Assembly: GCA_964426895.1 (NCBI GenBank)
Contig: CAYRSH010000002.1
Span: 1-53,640, forward strand
Direction of reading: 5' to 3'
DNA: 53,640 nucleotides
Source of the DNA: an uncultured bacterium
GTDB lineage: Bacteria; Hydrothermota; Hydrothermia; LBFQ01
Notes under the pieces: model-generated
What the model was told of the DNA's origin: nothing
Databases searched by the model: none
Seen by the model: the letters and a program-made list of their open reading frames with translations, nothing else
Program-made: the position numbers and the translations under genes
Part shown: one piece after another, positions 27,810 through 38,526 of the stretch
Layout of the letters: each line of letters opens with the position of its first letter
Numbering within the stretch: position 1 is the stretch's first letter

Positions 27810-29078
27810 ATGTTGGATTTGAAATATTTGAGGGAAAAGAGGGATGTCCTTGAAGATGCTTTAAGAAAAAGGGGTTATTCCCTTGATATATTAAAGGAAA
27901 TAGACGAGGTTGATAATCTCCGAAGGGAATTAATAACACAGGCTAACAATTTGAGGGCAAGGAAAAACCAGATATCTAAGGAAATAGCGGCAAGAAAAAA
28001 ATCCGGTGAAAGCGTTGATGACCTTTTGGAAGAGGCGAAAAGGATAGACGAGGAATTAAAAGATTTGGAGGAAAAGGAAAAGGAGATGGATAAACGGTTT
28101 TGGGAGTTGTGGGCTTATATACCCAATATTCCCCACGAATCCGTCCCGGTTGGTAAGGATTCCGAAGACAATGTTGTTGTAAGGGAGTGGGGAAATCCGA
28201 GGGAATTTGATTTTGAACCCAGACCCCATTGGGAAATAGGTGAAATGTTGGGGATTTTAGACTTTGAATCCGCCGCAAAGATGTCGGGTTCAAGGTTTGC
28301 AACATATAAGGGGTTGGGCGCAATCCTTGAAAGGGCTTTAATAAACTTTTTCTTGGATACACACAGAAAAAACGGTTATGTTGAGGTATTTCCCCCTATA
28401 CTCGTTAAACCTGAATCCCTTTTTACATCGGGACACCTACCAAAGTTTGAAGAAGAAATGTATTATATGGAAAGGGATAATATGTACCTCATACCCACAG
28501 CCGAAGCATCCCTGGCAAACTTACATAGGGATGAGGTTATACCAGAGGAAAAACTCCCGTTATATTATGTTTCCTATACCCCTTGTTTCCGGAGGGAAGC
28601 GGGTTCGTATGGTAGGGATGTTAGGGGAATTATAAGGGTTCATCAGTTTAACAAGGTTGAACTTTTTAAATACACAAAGCCCGAAGAATCGTATAAGGAG
28701 CACGAAAAGATGGTTAGGGATGCGGAGAATATACTCCAAATGCTGGGTATCCCTTATAGGGTAGTTCTGTTATGCACGGGCGATATAGGATTTGCGGCTG
28801 CCAAGACATACGATATAGAGGTTTGGGCACCGGGGGTTAAAAGGTGGCTTGAAGCATCTTCTGTGTCAAATGTTGAGGATTTTCAGGCAAGGAGGGCGAA
28901 TATAAAGTTAAAGAGGAAGGACGGAAGGAAGGAATATGTTCATATGTTGAACGGTTCGGGATTGGCAACCCCGAGGGTATTTATAGCGATATTGGAAAAT
29001 TATCAACAAAGGGATGGAAGCGTTGTAATACCGGAAGTTTTGAGGGAGTATGTTGGAGTTGATGTTATAAGGCCATGA
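27810..29078 (+). CDS. serS: Seryl-tRNA synthetase
   Basis: 422 aa. N-terminal coiled-coil arm. Class II motifs (FRREAGSYGRD, GSGLATPR). Confidence 0.95.
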   Translation: MLDLKYLREKRDVLEDALRKRGYSLDILKEIDEVDNLRRELITQANNLRARKNQISKEIAARKKSGESVDDLLEEAKRIDEELKDLEEKEKEMDKRFWELWAYIPNIPHESVPVGKDSEDNVVVREWGNPREFDFEPRPHWEIGEMLGILDFESAAKMSGSRFATYKGLGAILERALINFFLDTHRKNGYVEVFPPILVKPESLFTSGHLPKFEEEMYYMERDNMYLIPTAEASLANLHRDEVIPEEKLPLYYVSYTPCFRREAGSYGRDVRGIIRVHQFNKVELFKYTKPEESYKEHEKMVRDAENILQMLGIPYRVVLLCTGDIGFAAAKTYDIEVWAPGVKRWLEASSVSNVEDFQARRANIKLKRKDGRKEYVHMLNGSGLATPRVFIAILENYQQRDGSVVIPEVLREYVGVDVIRP

Positions 29079-29887
29079 GGGTTTATATATCTGCGGATAT
29101 GGAGGGGATATGTGGGGTTTCGGGATATGAAGATGTTAATCCATCCTCCCCGAGGTTTGAAAGGGCATTAAAACTTATGGAATGGGAAGTGGGGAAGGTT
29201 TGTGAAATCCTGTTTGACAACGGTATAAAGGAGATAACGGTTAACGATGCCCATTGGAATATGAACAACCTACGAATAGAAAACTTGCCAAAGGGGATAA
29301 AACTGATATCGGGTTCCCCAAAATCCCTATCAATGATGGAAGGAATAGATAGAGGATACGATTTTTGTATATTCATCGGTTATCACTCCTCATCAACAAC
29401 ACCATACGGACACTTGGCACATACTTACAGTTCAAGAACGGTAAAGAGTATAACGATAAACGGAGAAATGTGTTCCGAGGCGTATATAAACTCTCTAATA
29501 TCCGGAAGTTTTGGTGTTCCCCTTGCCCTTATAAGCGGCGATAAAAAACTCGCCGAGGATGAAAGGGAAAGGTTGAAAGGGGTGGAGTTCGTTATAACAA
29601 AGGAGGGATTGGGTTTTAACTCTTCAATATTATACCACCCAGAAAAAGTTATAAAGGATTACGAGGAAAAGATTGGGAAAATAGTAAAGGGAAATGGTTA
29701 TTTACCATATATACCCGAAAGTTTTCTCGTTGAAGTTGAGTTCAAAGATATAAGGATGGCGGATGTGGTGGGTATAAACCCTTATGTTAAAAGGCTTGAC
29801 GCCTATAAGGTTTCATTTGAGGAAAGGGATTTTGTAAGGGCTTTCAAGTTTTTGAGGAGTTTAATAGTTATAGCTTCCACCGTATAA
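29075..29887 (+). CDS. M55-family metallopeptidase (DppA-like D-aminopeptidase)
   Basis: 270 aa. MRVYISADMEGICGV N-terminus is characteristic. Confidence 0.8.
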   Translation: MRVYISADMEGICGVSGYEDVNPSSPRFERALKLMEWEVGKVCEILFDNGIKEITVNDAHWNMNNLRIENLPKGIKLISGSPKSLSMMEGIDRGYDFCIFIGYHSSSTTPYGHLAHTYSSRTVKSITINGEMCSEAYINSLISGSFGVPLALISGDKKLAEDERERLKGVEFVITKEGLGFNSSILYHPEKVIKDYEEKIGKIVKGNGYLPYIPESFLVEVEFKDIRMADVVGINPYVKRLDAYKVSFEERDFVRAFKFLRSLIVIASTV

Positions 29888-31199
29888 CATCTACACCCGG
29901 ATAATAGTGTTGAACTATATCAACATAATTATATCCCTTTAAAGCCATACCTATTGCACCCATTTGACACATACCAACCCCATGCCCCCAACCCATACCC
30001 TTAAGTACAAACCCATCACCTTTTTGATAAATCTTAAAAGCGCTTGAAGGCAAAAACGGTTTTCCAAAAACCCACCTTATAAAGTACTCCCCTTTTAGGG
30101 TTATATCCCCCTTATCCGTTAAAACCTTCATCTCATATATCCTGCCGGAATACCCCCTCTTTATACCCTCAAACCCAAAGATTTTTTCAATTTTAAAAAA
30201 CCTTCCCAAGGATTCCAAAAGATCACGTTTGCTATATATAATCTCCCATCTATAAAGGTTTTCTATACCCGGGAAGTTTATATTGCAAAATGCGTCCCCT
30301 TGATTTAAGAAACTTTCAAACCCTTCTTCGGAAGATATATCCTTCAAACCGTTTCCCTCACCGTCGTAAAGGTTCATGTTATAAGGCTTATCATCCCCAC
30401 CCCACACAACCGAAAACCTCTCCATCACACCACCGCAACATTTGGAATACCTCGCCTCTATCGGCTCACCGTTAAATGTTATGATTTCCCCATCCGTCTC
30501 CTCCGATACCTTTAATGTTTCATGTGAAACCCTTTCAAGGCCGAGATAAACCTGACAGTGATCCTCGGAGCATATATCATAAGGCTCATTTGGATGGTGG
30601 GAACCCGCAGTTCTAAAAAGGTTTGTTCTGGCCGCAAGGGCCTGTGCTTTCAAAGCCTCATAAGGTACCTTTGGTATCATTTCAGAACCTATAACGGATG
30701 CTATATAATCCTTAATATCAACTATATTTACCGCCTTAACCTTATCACCCCAAGCGTATATATCAAAATCTCCTAAAAACTTCAAATCCCTTTTATTTTG
30801 CCAATGAAATCCCCTACCAACCCACAGGTTTTTTATGGTTATGGTTCCACCGTTTCTTATCCTCAGAGGTGAATCAACAACCCATTCCCCTTTATCGGTT
30901 TTAACCCTCAAATTCCCGCCCCAACCCTCAACCCAAACCCTAAACTCACCGTTTATATTTTTTGCCAGTTCGTAGGCATGAGATATATTATCTACTATAT
31001 CAACGAGTTCCCACCTAAACTTAAAAATCTTACCGAAAACCTTTCCGGTTTGGGAATTTTTGAAAACGGCAAACTTAACCTTTAAGGGCTTATCGCTATC
31101 CGAAAAAACCTCTAAACTATCGTATTTTCTACCTCCAAGGATTATATCCCCGAAAAGTATAAGTTTATCGTCTTCCGGTAATCCGACCCTTATTAACAT
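29868..31199 (-). CDS. SpoIID/LytB-domain protein (lytic transglycosylase-like)
   Basis: 443 aa. CSEDHCQVY, YSKCCGG and GHGVGMCQMGA motifs. Confidence 0.85.
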   Translation of the reverse strand: MLIRVGLPEDDKLILFGDIILGGRKYDSLEVFSDSDKPLKVKFAVFKNSQTGKVFGKIFKFRWELVDIVDNISHAYELAKNINGEFRVWVEGWGGNLRVKTDKGEWVVDSPLRIRNGGTITIKNLWVGRGFHWQNKRDLKFLGDFDIYAWGDKVKAVNIVDIKDYIASVIGSEMIPKVPYEALKAQALAARTNLFRTAGSHHPNEPYDICSEDHCQVYLGLERVSHETLKVSEETDGEIITFNGEPIEARYSKCCGGVMERFSVVWGGDDKPYNMNLYDGEGNGLKDISSEEGFESFLNQGDAFCNINFPGIENLYRWEIIYSKRDLLESLGRFFKIEKIFGFEGIKRGYSGRIYEMKVLTDKGDITLKGEYFIRWVFGKPFLPSSAFKIYQKGDGFVLKGMGWGHGVGMCQMGAIGMALKGYNYVDIVQHYYPGVDVIRWKL

Positions 31200-32356
31200 C
31201 TGAAAGCCTCTATTCCGGTAATCGCCTCGCCGAGTATGAGTGTATGTATCTCGTATGTACCTTCATATGTTTCAACCGCCTCCAAATTGGCCAAATGCCT
31301 CATTGAATGGTATTCCGCCAATGTTCCGTTTGCACCGAGTATTGCCCTTGCCCTCCTGGCCACTTCTATTGCCGTTCTTACATTATTCCTCTTTGCCAAA
31401 GAAACATGCCTAAAATTCGCCCTGCCGCTATCCATGAGTTCCGCCAACCTCCAAGCGATCAATTGGGCTTCCGTTATTTCGGTAAGCATGTCGGCAAGCT
31501 TTTCCTGAATGAGTTGAAAGGATGCGATGGGTTTTCCAAAGGCTATCCTCGTTTTTGCATAATTAACGGCTTCTTCAAATGTTGCCATTGCACTACCAAC
31601 GGCACCCCATGCTATCCCATATCTCGCCTGCGTTAAACAACTCAGAGGGGCTTTTAACCCTTCCGCCTTTGGTAATACATTTTCTTCGGGTACAAAAACA
31701 TCGTTGAATATCAACTCCGAGGTTACGGATGCTCTCAAAGAAATCTTTGTTTTTAATTCCTGTGTTGTGAAACCCTCAAAACCCTTTTCAACGAGAAGAC
31801 CCCTTATAACCCCGTTTTCATCCTTTGCCCAAACAACCGCGACATCCGCTATCGATCCGTTGGTTATCCACATCTTTGCACCGTTAAGGATATAACCGCC
31901 TTTTACCTTTTTTGCATGGGTTTTCATAGAACCCGGATCGGAACCCGAATCCGGCTCGGTTAATCCAAAACAACCCACCATATCCCCGGATATGAGTTTG
32001 GGTAGAAACCTTTTTTTCTGCTCATCACTACCGTATGTCAATATTGGATATATTACCAAAGAATTCTGGACGGATACGAAACTCCTTATTCCGGAATCCG
32101 CATATTCAAGTTCCCGTGCAACCAAGCCGTATATCCTCTTACTCAGATTTAATCCCCCATATTCCTCAGGTGCGGTAATACCGAGCAATCCCAACTCGGC
32201 AAATCTCTTTATTAGATGCATCGGAAAAATCCCCTTTAACCACCAATCCCCTATATAGGGTAGGATTTCCTTTTTAACAAATTCCCTAACCATATCCCTT
32301 ATCTGTCTTTCTTCCTCGCTTAAATCCTCATCTAAAAGGTAGAAATCCGCCAACAT
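31193..32356 (-). CDS. gcdH: Glutaryl-CoA dehydrogenase-type acyl-CoA dehydrogenase
   Basis: 387 aa. DFYLLDEDLSEEE start, GCFGLTEPDSGSDPGSMKT, CLTQARYGIAWGA and ETYEGTYEIHTLILG resemble GCDH along the whole length. Confidence 0.85.
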   Translation of the reverse strand: MLADFYLLDEDLSEEERQIRDMVREFVKKEILPYIGDWWLKGIFPMHLIKRFAELGLLGITAPEEYGGLNLSKRIYGLVARELEYADSGIRSFVSVQNSLVIYPILTYGSDEQKKRFLPKLISGDMVGCFGLTEPDSGSDPGSMKTHAKKVKGGYILNGAKMWITNGSIADVAVVWAKDENGVIRGLLVEKGFEGFTTQELKTKISLRASVTSELIFNDVFVPEENVLPKAEGLKAPLSCLTQARYGIAWGAVGSAMATFEEAVNYAKTRIAFGKPIASFQLIQEKLADMLTEITEAQLIAWRLAELMDSGRANFRHVSLAKRNNVRTAIEVARRARAILGANGTLAEYHSMRHLANLEAVETYEGTYEIHTLILGEAITGIEAFRC

Positions 32357-32365
32357 AAGTGTTGA

Positions 32366-32377
32366 ATTCTAAGGTTG
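32366..32377 (-). promoter_or_regulatory. Promoter caaccttagaat for gcdH, overlapping the cinA-like stop
   Basis: -10 TAGAAT lies 9 nt from ATG 32356. Confidence 0.5.
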
Positions 32378-32854
32378 GTTTAAAACGAACCCCAAAAGGG
32401 AGTTTAAAATCCTATTAACCGCCTTAAACTTTGATTTTACCCTATCCCCAAAAACCTCTATCCTTTTCAAAGTATAATTGTTGTCGTCTTGGTAAATGCA
32501 ATAATACAAATAACCATGACCGTTAAACTCACCCGTAGTTGATATTCCTATGTGCGCTTTTGAGAGCCTTTTCACATTTTTGGCCATTTCGTATGCAACC
32601 TCTGGCGAATAAACGGAGAAATCCCTTATGGTTTCATGTGAAACACCCAACACGCTTTCCTTCATCTCAGTTTGATACACCACGAGTCCTAAAACAAAAT
32701 ATCCGGAGGAACCCGGTATTGATGTTAAGGCGCTTGATAACTCACCACCCGTACAAGATTCAGCCACCGAAACGGTAATTTTTTTCCTTAAAAGGAGTTT
32801 TTTTAAACACAAAAGGTTATAGTTCTTCAAGGTCTTTAAACCTTCCGAGGACAT
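32369..32854 (-). CDS. CinA C-terminal-domain protein (PncC-type nicotinamide-nucleotide amidase)
   Basis: 161 aa. [21 protein letters not shown] motif. Confidence 0.8.
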   Translation of the reverse strand: MSSEGLKTLKNYNLLCLKKLLLRKKITVSVAESCTGGELSSALTSIPGSSGYFVLGLVVYQTEMKESVLGVSHETIRDFSVYSPEVAYEMAKNVKRLSKAHIGISTTGEFNGHGYLYYCIYQDDNNYTLKRIEVFGDRVKSKFKAVNRILNSLLGFVLNQP

Positions 32855-34520
32855 GCAACCTTATGGGATTCCTCAACTTTTCAAGGGCTTGTGTCTCCAA
32901 CTGCCTAACCCTTTCACGGGTTAAACCCAACTCCTGCCCAACCTCTTCCAAAGTTCTGGGTTTTTTACCGTCAAGCCCAAACCTCAGCTCTATAACCTTC
33001 CTCTCCCTTGGGGATAACATATTTAAAGCCTTCCTAAGCCTTTCCCTCAAACTCTCAATCTTTAACTCCTCCTCTGCCGATAGGGTTTTTTCATCGTATA
33101 TAATTTCCCCAAGAGATGTATCCCCATCTTTACCCACGGGTTTATCCATTGATATGGGTTCCTTTGCAACGCTTAAAGCCCTCTCCACCTTACTAATAGG
33201 CATTTCAAGGTATTCGGCTATTTCTTCAATTGAAGGGGGTCTTCCCTTTTCCTGCAATAACGCTTTTTGCGCTTTGTTTATCTTTGTTATGGTCTCAATC
33301 ATGTGTATAGGTATTCTAATGGTTCTTGAATGATCTGCTACGGCCCTCGTTATGGCTTGCCTTATCCACCAAGTCGCATAAGTTGAGAACTTGAAACCCT
33401 TTTTCCAATCGTATTTATCAATGGCTTTCAAAAGTCCCAGATTACCCTCTTGTATCAGATCCCCAAAGTCCAAACCCCTGTTCATATACCTTTTGGCCTC
33501 GCTTATAACAAGTCTGACATTTCCCTCCGCCAAGGTATTCCTCGCAAATTCGTACTTTTTGTATAGTTTTATGAGTTTATCCGCCACCTCCTTGGCTTCA
33601 GAATAGGGTTGGTTTAGCTCCTTTTCAAGCCTTTCAATTCTTGATTTTATACTCTTTTCTAATGCTTCGTATTCCCATAGGAAGTTTTCCGCACCCATCT
33701 CTTTAAACACATTCTTTTCGTTTCGCAACCTGTTAATCTCATCGTATAAAGATTTTAACTTATCCACCTTTTTAATATACTCGTTATATATTTCCACGAT
33801 TTTGGGGAAAACAGGACCCATCTCGATAATTTTATCAAGTATTTCTCTATAAGCCGTTTCCGCCTCTATCCTTTCCTCATCGGATAGTTTATCCTTTTCC
33901 AAAAAGTACCTTCTGGCTATAGGCCACCTTGCCATAAGGTATTCTATACCCCTTGCCAATCTTTTCCTTTCCTTCTGGTTTTTTACCCTATTCGTCCAAT
34001 AACCGGGGTCAACCTGAAATATTTCTTCTGCTTGTACCAAACCTTTTTGGGCAAACTGGACGAGACTCATAAATTTACTCAAACCAAAGTATGTTTGCAA
34101 TAGAGTTTTTGTTATTTCCGTTCTCGTGGTATCAATTGTTCTGGCCAACTCCAATTCTTCATTTCTGGATAAAAGCCTCATTTCCGCCACTTCCTTCAAA
34201 TATATCCTCACTGGGTCATCTTTATACTCCTTATCAAGTTTTTCCTCTTCCGCCTGAATGATACTTTCAACCTCCTGCTTTCTCTTTGTTTTCTTCTTTT
34301 TATAAGTAGAACTCGTTAAATCCTTTTCAAACTCTATTCCCTTTTCCATCAAGGCTATCATTATCTGTTCCAGAAGTTCATCGTTTTGAACGACATCGGC
34401 GGGTAGTTTTTTCAAAAGGTCATCAAATGTAAAAACACCTCCCTTCTCCTTAGCCTCCTCTATGATTTTTTCTATGGCATCCAGTATCTCCCCTTTTCTA
34501 TCCTTAACCTTCCTTGCCAT
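32817..34520 (-). CDS. rpoD: RNA polymerase primary sigma factor
   Basis: 567 aa. Regions 1.1-4.2, including [16 protein letters not shown] and [20 protein letters not shown]. Confidence 0.95.
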   Translation of the reverse strand: MARKVKDRKGEILDAIEKIIEEAKEKGGVFTFDDLLKKLPADVVQNDELLEQIMIALMEKGIEFEKDLTSSTYKKKKTKRKQEVESIIQAEEEKLDKEYKDDPVRIYLKEVAEMRLLSRNEELELARTIDTTRTEITKTLLQTYFGLSKFMSLVQFAQKGLVQAEEIFQVDPGYWTNRVKNQKERKRLARGIEYLMARWPIARRYFLEKDKLSDEERIEAETAYREILDKIIEMGPVFPKIVEIYNEYIKKVDKLKSLYDEINRLRNEKNVFKEMGAENFLWEYEALEKSIKSRIERLEKELNQPYSEAKEVADKLIKLYKKYEFARNTLAEGNVRLVISEAKRYMNRGLDFGDLIQEGNLGLLKAIDKYDWKKGFKFSTYATWWIRQAITRAVADHSRTIRIPIHMIETITKINKAQKALLQEKGRPPSIEEIAEYLEMPISKVERALSVAKEPISMDKPVGKDGDTSLGEIIYDEKTLSAEEELKIESLRERLRKALNMLSPRERKVIELRFGLDGKKPRTLEEVGQELGLTRERVRQLETQALEKLRNPIRLHVLGRFKDLEEL

Positions 34521-36076
34521 TATACACCTACCTCCTTTTTAATGTTATAAACCTCCAAAAGCGCCTTGATATCCCCCTTAGCCCTCTTAACCTTATCCTC
34601 CACCTCCATCTGCGTTAAAATCCTCCTCAAAACTTTAAAAACCTCATCCCTTTCCATATTTAAAGCATAAACCGAGGAGGCTTCCTCCGATTTAAGGGTT
34701 TCAAAGAATTCCGCAAAATCCTTACCAGAGGTTATGTAAGTTTCCAACCTATGCTGTAAGGATGTTTTAGCGGTTAAACGGCTCAGTATATCCATAACCT
34801 CCCCTTTAAAACCATAAGCATATCCGAGGATTAAGATTTTGTCCAAATTTGCCAAAGAAGAATTGGATTTCTTTATTACTTCCCTTACGGATAATTCTCC
34901 CAAATCCACCTTTGTACCAGCCCATTTTTCCAGTTCGCCCAGGTAAAATATGGCCAAATTTTCATCCGAACTTTTGAGTATTGAAATGAAATTTTTGGCT
35001 TTGGTTAATTTTTCAGAAAATTTAACGGGATCTTTGGGCTTTTCACCGAGAATAAAGTTAAAGGCCGTAATAGGCTCGGGTAGTTCCTTACCATGTTGCA
35101 GATAATCGGCGGGATCCAAACCGTTTTCCAATAATATTACATGCACATCTATACCCGCCTTTGCAAGGGAAAATATGGATTTTTCCGCGGATTTCATCCC
35201 CGCTTCATCGCTATCGGGGATTATAACCACCTTTTTTGCAAACCTATAAATCCTTTTGGCGTGTTCTTCACTCAAATGGGTACCCATAATACCTACGGTA
35301 TTTTTGTATCCTTCCTGATACATTAGGATAACATCTATATACCCCTCAACCAAATATAAAAACCCCTCTTTCCTCGCAAAGGATTTTGCCTTATCAAGGC
35401 CAAACAAAACTTCGGACTTTTTAAATATTTTTGTATCGGGACCGTTCAAGTATTTCGGTTCCCCGCCTTCCACAACCCTACCCGCAAAAGAAACCACATT
35501 GCCGGTAATATCCTTAATCGGGAAAATGATTCTGCCATAAAATCTATCAAATATTTCCTTCCCAGTGCTTATAGCAACGCCACTTGAAAGGATATCTTCG
35601 GAAGAGAAACCCTTCTTTATCAAATATTTTATAAGCCCGTATTTATCGGGGGAAAAGCCTATTTCCCATTCGGCCAAACTTCCCGAGTTCAAACCCCTGT
35701 TTTTAAGGTAATCCATAATAAGGGTATGCTTCACGAGTTGGCTTTTGTAAAACTTCGCGGATTCACGCAAAACCTCGTAAATTATAGGCTGCTTTTCATA
35801 TTGGTAATTGCTTATATCTAATCCGAATTCCTCAGCCAATATTGATAAGGCTTCCCTTCTCGTTATCCCTTCAATTTCGGATAAGAATGTTATGGCGTTT
35901 CCCGAAGCCCCACATCCAAAACAGTGATAAACCCCTTTATCGGGATCAACATAAAAGCTGGGAGTTTTTTCCTTGTGAAAGGGACACAAACCCGCATACT
36001 GCGAACCCACCCTTTTAAGACTAACATACCTACCAACAACCTTTATTATATCAACCTTCTCAAGCACTTCATTCAA
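34520..36076 (-). CDS. dnaG: DNA primase
   Basis: 518 aa. Zn finger [15 protein letters not shown]...HCFGCG, TOPRIM EGYIDV. Classic dnaG-rpoD order. TTG start. Confidence 0.92.
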   Translation of the reverse strand: MNEVLEKVDIIKVVGRYVSLKRVGSQYAGLCPFHKEKTPSFYVDPDKGVYHCFGCGASGNAITFLSEIEGITRREALSILAEEFGLDISNYQYEKQPIIYEVLRESAKFYKSQLVKHTLIMDYLKNRGLNSGSLAEWEIGFSPDKYGLIKYLIKKGFSSEDILSSGVAISTGKEIFDRFYGRIIFPIKDITGNVVSFAGRVVEGGEPKYLNGPDTKIFKKSEVLFGLDKAKSFARKEGFLYLVEGYIDVILMYQEGYKNTVGIMGTHLSEEHAKRIYRFAKKVVIIPDSDEAGMKSAEKSIFSLAKAGIDVHVILLENGLDPADYLQHGKELPEPITAFNFILGEKPKDPVKFSEKLTKAKNFISILKSSDENLAIFYLGELEKWAGTKVDLGELSVREVIKKSNSSLANLDKILILGYAYGFKGEVMDILSRLTAKTSLQHRLETYITSGKDFAEFFETLKSEEASSVYALNMERDEVFKVLRRILTQMEVEDKVKRAKGDIKALLEVYNIKKEVGV

Positions 36077-36115
36077 TAATGCCTTAAAATATATAAAATG
36101 TCAACTGTTAAGATT

Positions 36116-36376
36116 TTATACCTCTTTCCCGTTTCCGCTTATCCTGTTTTTTAAATCCAGTATTACCTCGTTAAACGCGTCCTCAAACTTTAATATATCC
36201 TCTTCAAACACTATAACCCTTGTCCTCCTAACGGAACCATCTTTCTCCTTTCTCTTTTCCGATATTGCCAAGTATAAATCTCCCTTTTTGTTTTGCTTAA
36301 CATCTATGAAATACACCCTTCTTCCAGCCTTAACCCTTTTACTATACAGGGAATCATCTTTCCTCTGTTCCATCAT
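36116..36376 (-). CDS. PUR-alpha-like ssDNA/RNA-binding protein (DUF3276)
   Basis: 86 aa. [34 protein letters not shown]...[15 protein letters not shown] fits the DUF3276 pattern known from Bacteroidota-like lineages. Confidence 0.6.
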   Translation of the reverse strand: MMEQRKDDSLYSKRVKAGRRVYFIDVKQNKKGDLYLAISEKRKEKDGSVRRTRVIVFEEDILKFEDAFNEVILDLKNRISGNGKEV

Positions 36377-37391
36377 TCACCCCCTTATCTTTTCTGTCCA
36401 AAATTTTATCCTCCAAATCTTTAATAATTTTCGGATTTTCTTTCAAAAACTCTATAGCCTTATCCCTCCCCTGACCCAATTGCACATCCCCATAAGAATA
36501 CCAAGACCCCGACTTGTTTATCAAACCCATCTTTAAGCCAAGGTCAAACAACTCCCCGAGCCTATTAACACCTTTGCCGTATATAAGTTCAAACTGGGCT
36601 TCCCTATAAGGTGGAGCAACCTTGTTCTTTACGACCTTTGCCTTTATAATATGCCCTATTATCTCATTATCCTTATCTTTTATAGTATCACCCCTTCTAA
36701 CCTCAACCCTAACCGACGCGTAAAATTTTAACGCCCTTCCACCGGGTGTGGTTTCCGGATTCCCAAAAAATGTTCCTATCTTTTCCCTGATCTGATTTAT
36801 AAAAATGACCACAGCACCGCTTTTTGATATATCGGATGCCAACATCCTCAAACCCTTGGACATCATTCTGGCTTGAAGACCCATCTGTTGATCCTCAATA
36901 TCGCCTTCCAATTCCGCCTTGGGAACCAAAGCGGCAACGGAATCAATTACCACTATGTCAATCGCTCCCGATCTTATAAACCTCGCCACAATATCCAAAG
37001 CCTGCTCACCATAATCCGGCTGGCTTATTACAAAATTGTTTCTTGTATCTATACCCAATGCCCTCGCATAACTTTCACTAAAAGCGTGTTCGGCATCAAC
37101 AAACAAAGCGGTACCTCCGAGTTTTTGGGTCTCAGCAATTGCCAAAAGGGCCAAAGTAGTTTTCCCGGACGATTCTGCACCGTAAATTTCCACTATTCTA
37201 CCCCTCGGATACCCACCAACCCCCAAGGCCAAATCTAAACTTAGAGAACCCGAAGGTATTGCTTCTATCTTTTCTTGTGATCCATCGCTTAGGGTCATTA
37301 TAGACCCCGGACCGTACGCCTTTGTAATTTCTTTTATCGTTGCCTCCAAAAGTTTTTCTTTTACCTTTTCTTCTTTCCCCTTTGCCATCAT
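36354..37391 (-). CDS. recA: Recombinase A
   Basis: 345 aa. [15 protein letters not shown] Walker [20 protein letters not shown]. Confidence 0.97.
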   Translation of the reverse strand: MMAKGKEEKVKEKLLEATIKEITKAYGPGSIMTLSDGSQEKIEAIPSGSLSLDLALGVGGYPRGRIVEIYGAESSGKTTLALLAIAETQKLGGTALFVDAEHAFSESYARALGIDTRNNFVISQPDYGEQALDIVARFIRSGAIDIVVIDSVAALVPKAELEGDIEDQQMGLQARMMSKGLRMLASDISKSGAVVIFINQIREKIGTFFGNPETTPGGRALKFYASVRVEVRRGDTIKDKDNEIIGHIIKAKVVKNKVAPPYREAQFELIYGKGVNRLGELFDLGLKMGLINKSGSWYSYGDVQLGQGRDKAIEFLKENPKIIKDLEDKILDRKDKGVNDGTEER

Positions 37392-37413
37392 AACCCCCTT
37401 TTCACAAGAATGT

Positions 37414-37425
37414 ATTTTAAGGGTG
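37414..37425 (-). promoter_or_regulatory. Promoter cacccttaaaat for recA, bracketed by a 7-bp inverted repeat
   Basis: -10 TAAAAT 37419-37414. 22-nt leader with AAGGGGG SD. Arms TTTTCAC 37399-37405 and GTGAAAA 37423-37429. Confidence 0.55.
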
Positions 37426-37650
37426 AAAAATCGTCTTGAATAGAATTTCCCATATAGGTATTTGCGTTTTAAATTTTGATTGTATTTTGTGTTTTAATTG
37501 TAAAACAACACTATTATATGGTTTATTATAATTTTTAAATTTTTACTTCAATGCAATTATTTTTCTCGTAATTTCTATTATATTTTCAAAATTTCGCAAA
37601 CAAATTAAAAAATTTTTGACATTCATATATCACTTGCGAACCTACGGAAA

Positions 37651-37662
37651 CATCCATATAAT
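37651..37662 (+). promoter_or_regulatory. Promoter catccatataat for the murB-ftsA-ftsZ-ftsX unit
   Basis: TATAAT 37657-37662 lies 12 nt before ATG 37675. Confidence 0.5.
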
Positions 37663-37674
37663 TCCCAGATAAGT

Positions 37675-38526
37675 ATGAAGGTTTTAGAGAATGTACCGTT
37701 AAGTCTCTATACCACCTTTCGTTTGGGCGGTCCGGCGAGGTATTTAATTGAATGTTATGATGTTGAAGATGTAAAAAACGCCATTAAATTTGCCCTTGAT
37801 AAAAATCTCCCAATACTCCCCTTAGGTGCCGGGTCGGATATTTTGGTTTCGGATAGGGGTTTCAATGGGGTTGTTATAAGGCTCGTACATTTAAGGGGTC
37901 AAAGGTTTCAAGGTGGAGAAGTATATTTAATGGCGGGGGAACCTTTGCCAAAAGTGGCGAAAATAACTGCCGATAAAGGGCTTTCGGGTTTTGAATATTT
38001 GGCGGGTATTCCCGGAACTGTAGGTGGCGGAATAGCAAAAAACGCGGGGGCACACGGACACGACATATCAGAAATATTAAAAGAGGTGTATGTTATAAAT
38101 CTTGATGGAGAGATTATTACCCTTAAACCAAAGGATCTAAACCTCCGATACCGGGAATCGGATGTTTTAAAGTATGGAATAGTGGTAGAGGGCAGATTCG
38201 CGCTTAAAGAAGACGATCCCCGTGCTATAAATGAAAGGTTAAATCGGTTTTTAAAGTATAGGGAGGATACCCAACCGTGGAAAACGAGGACGGCGGGTTG
38301 TATGTTTAAAAATCCCCCGGGAAATTATGCGGGTAAGCTCATAGAAGAGGCTGGTTTGAAGGGTTTCCGCATAGGGGGTGTAAAGGTTTCCGAAAAACAC
38401 GCAAACTTTTTTGAAAACATAGGGGGAACAGCCGATGATGCTTTAAGGCTTATAGAGTATGTACAAAAACGCGTTTATGAGATTTTTAAAATAGAATTGG
38501 AGGTGGAAATTGTTCTGGTCAAATAA
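37675..38526 (+). CDS. murB: UDP-N-acetylenolpyruvoylglucosamine reductase
   Basis: 283 aa. TTFRLGGPARY, PLGAGSDILVSD and VSEKHANF motifs. Confidence 0.92.
   Translation: MKVLENVPLSLYTTFRLGGPARYLIECYDVEDVKNAIKFALDKNLPILPLGAGSDILVSDRGFNGVVIRLVHLRGQRFQGGEVYLMAGEPLPKVAKITADKGLSGFEYLAGIPGTVGGGIAKNAGAHGHDISEILKEVYVINLDGEIITLKPKDLNLRYRESDVLKYGIVVEGRFALKEDDPRAINERLNRFLKYREDTQPWKTRTAGCMFKNPPGNYAGKLIEEAGLKGFRIGGVKVSEKHANFFENIGGTADDALRLIEYVQKRVYEIFKIELEVEIVLVK

Noticed and set aside
37430-37650. The AT-rich recA-murB spacer as the chromosomal replication origin.
   Set aside because: I found no TTATCCACA-like DnaA boxes; the best matches are poor. There is no dnaA or dnaN nearby. It is kept only as an unexplained AT-rich element.
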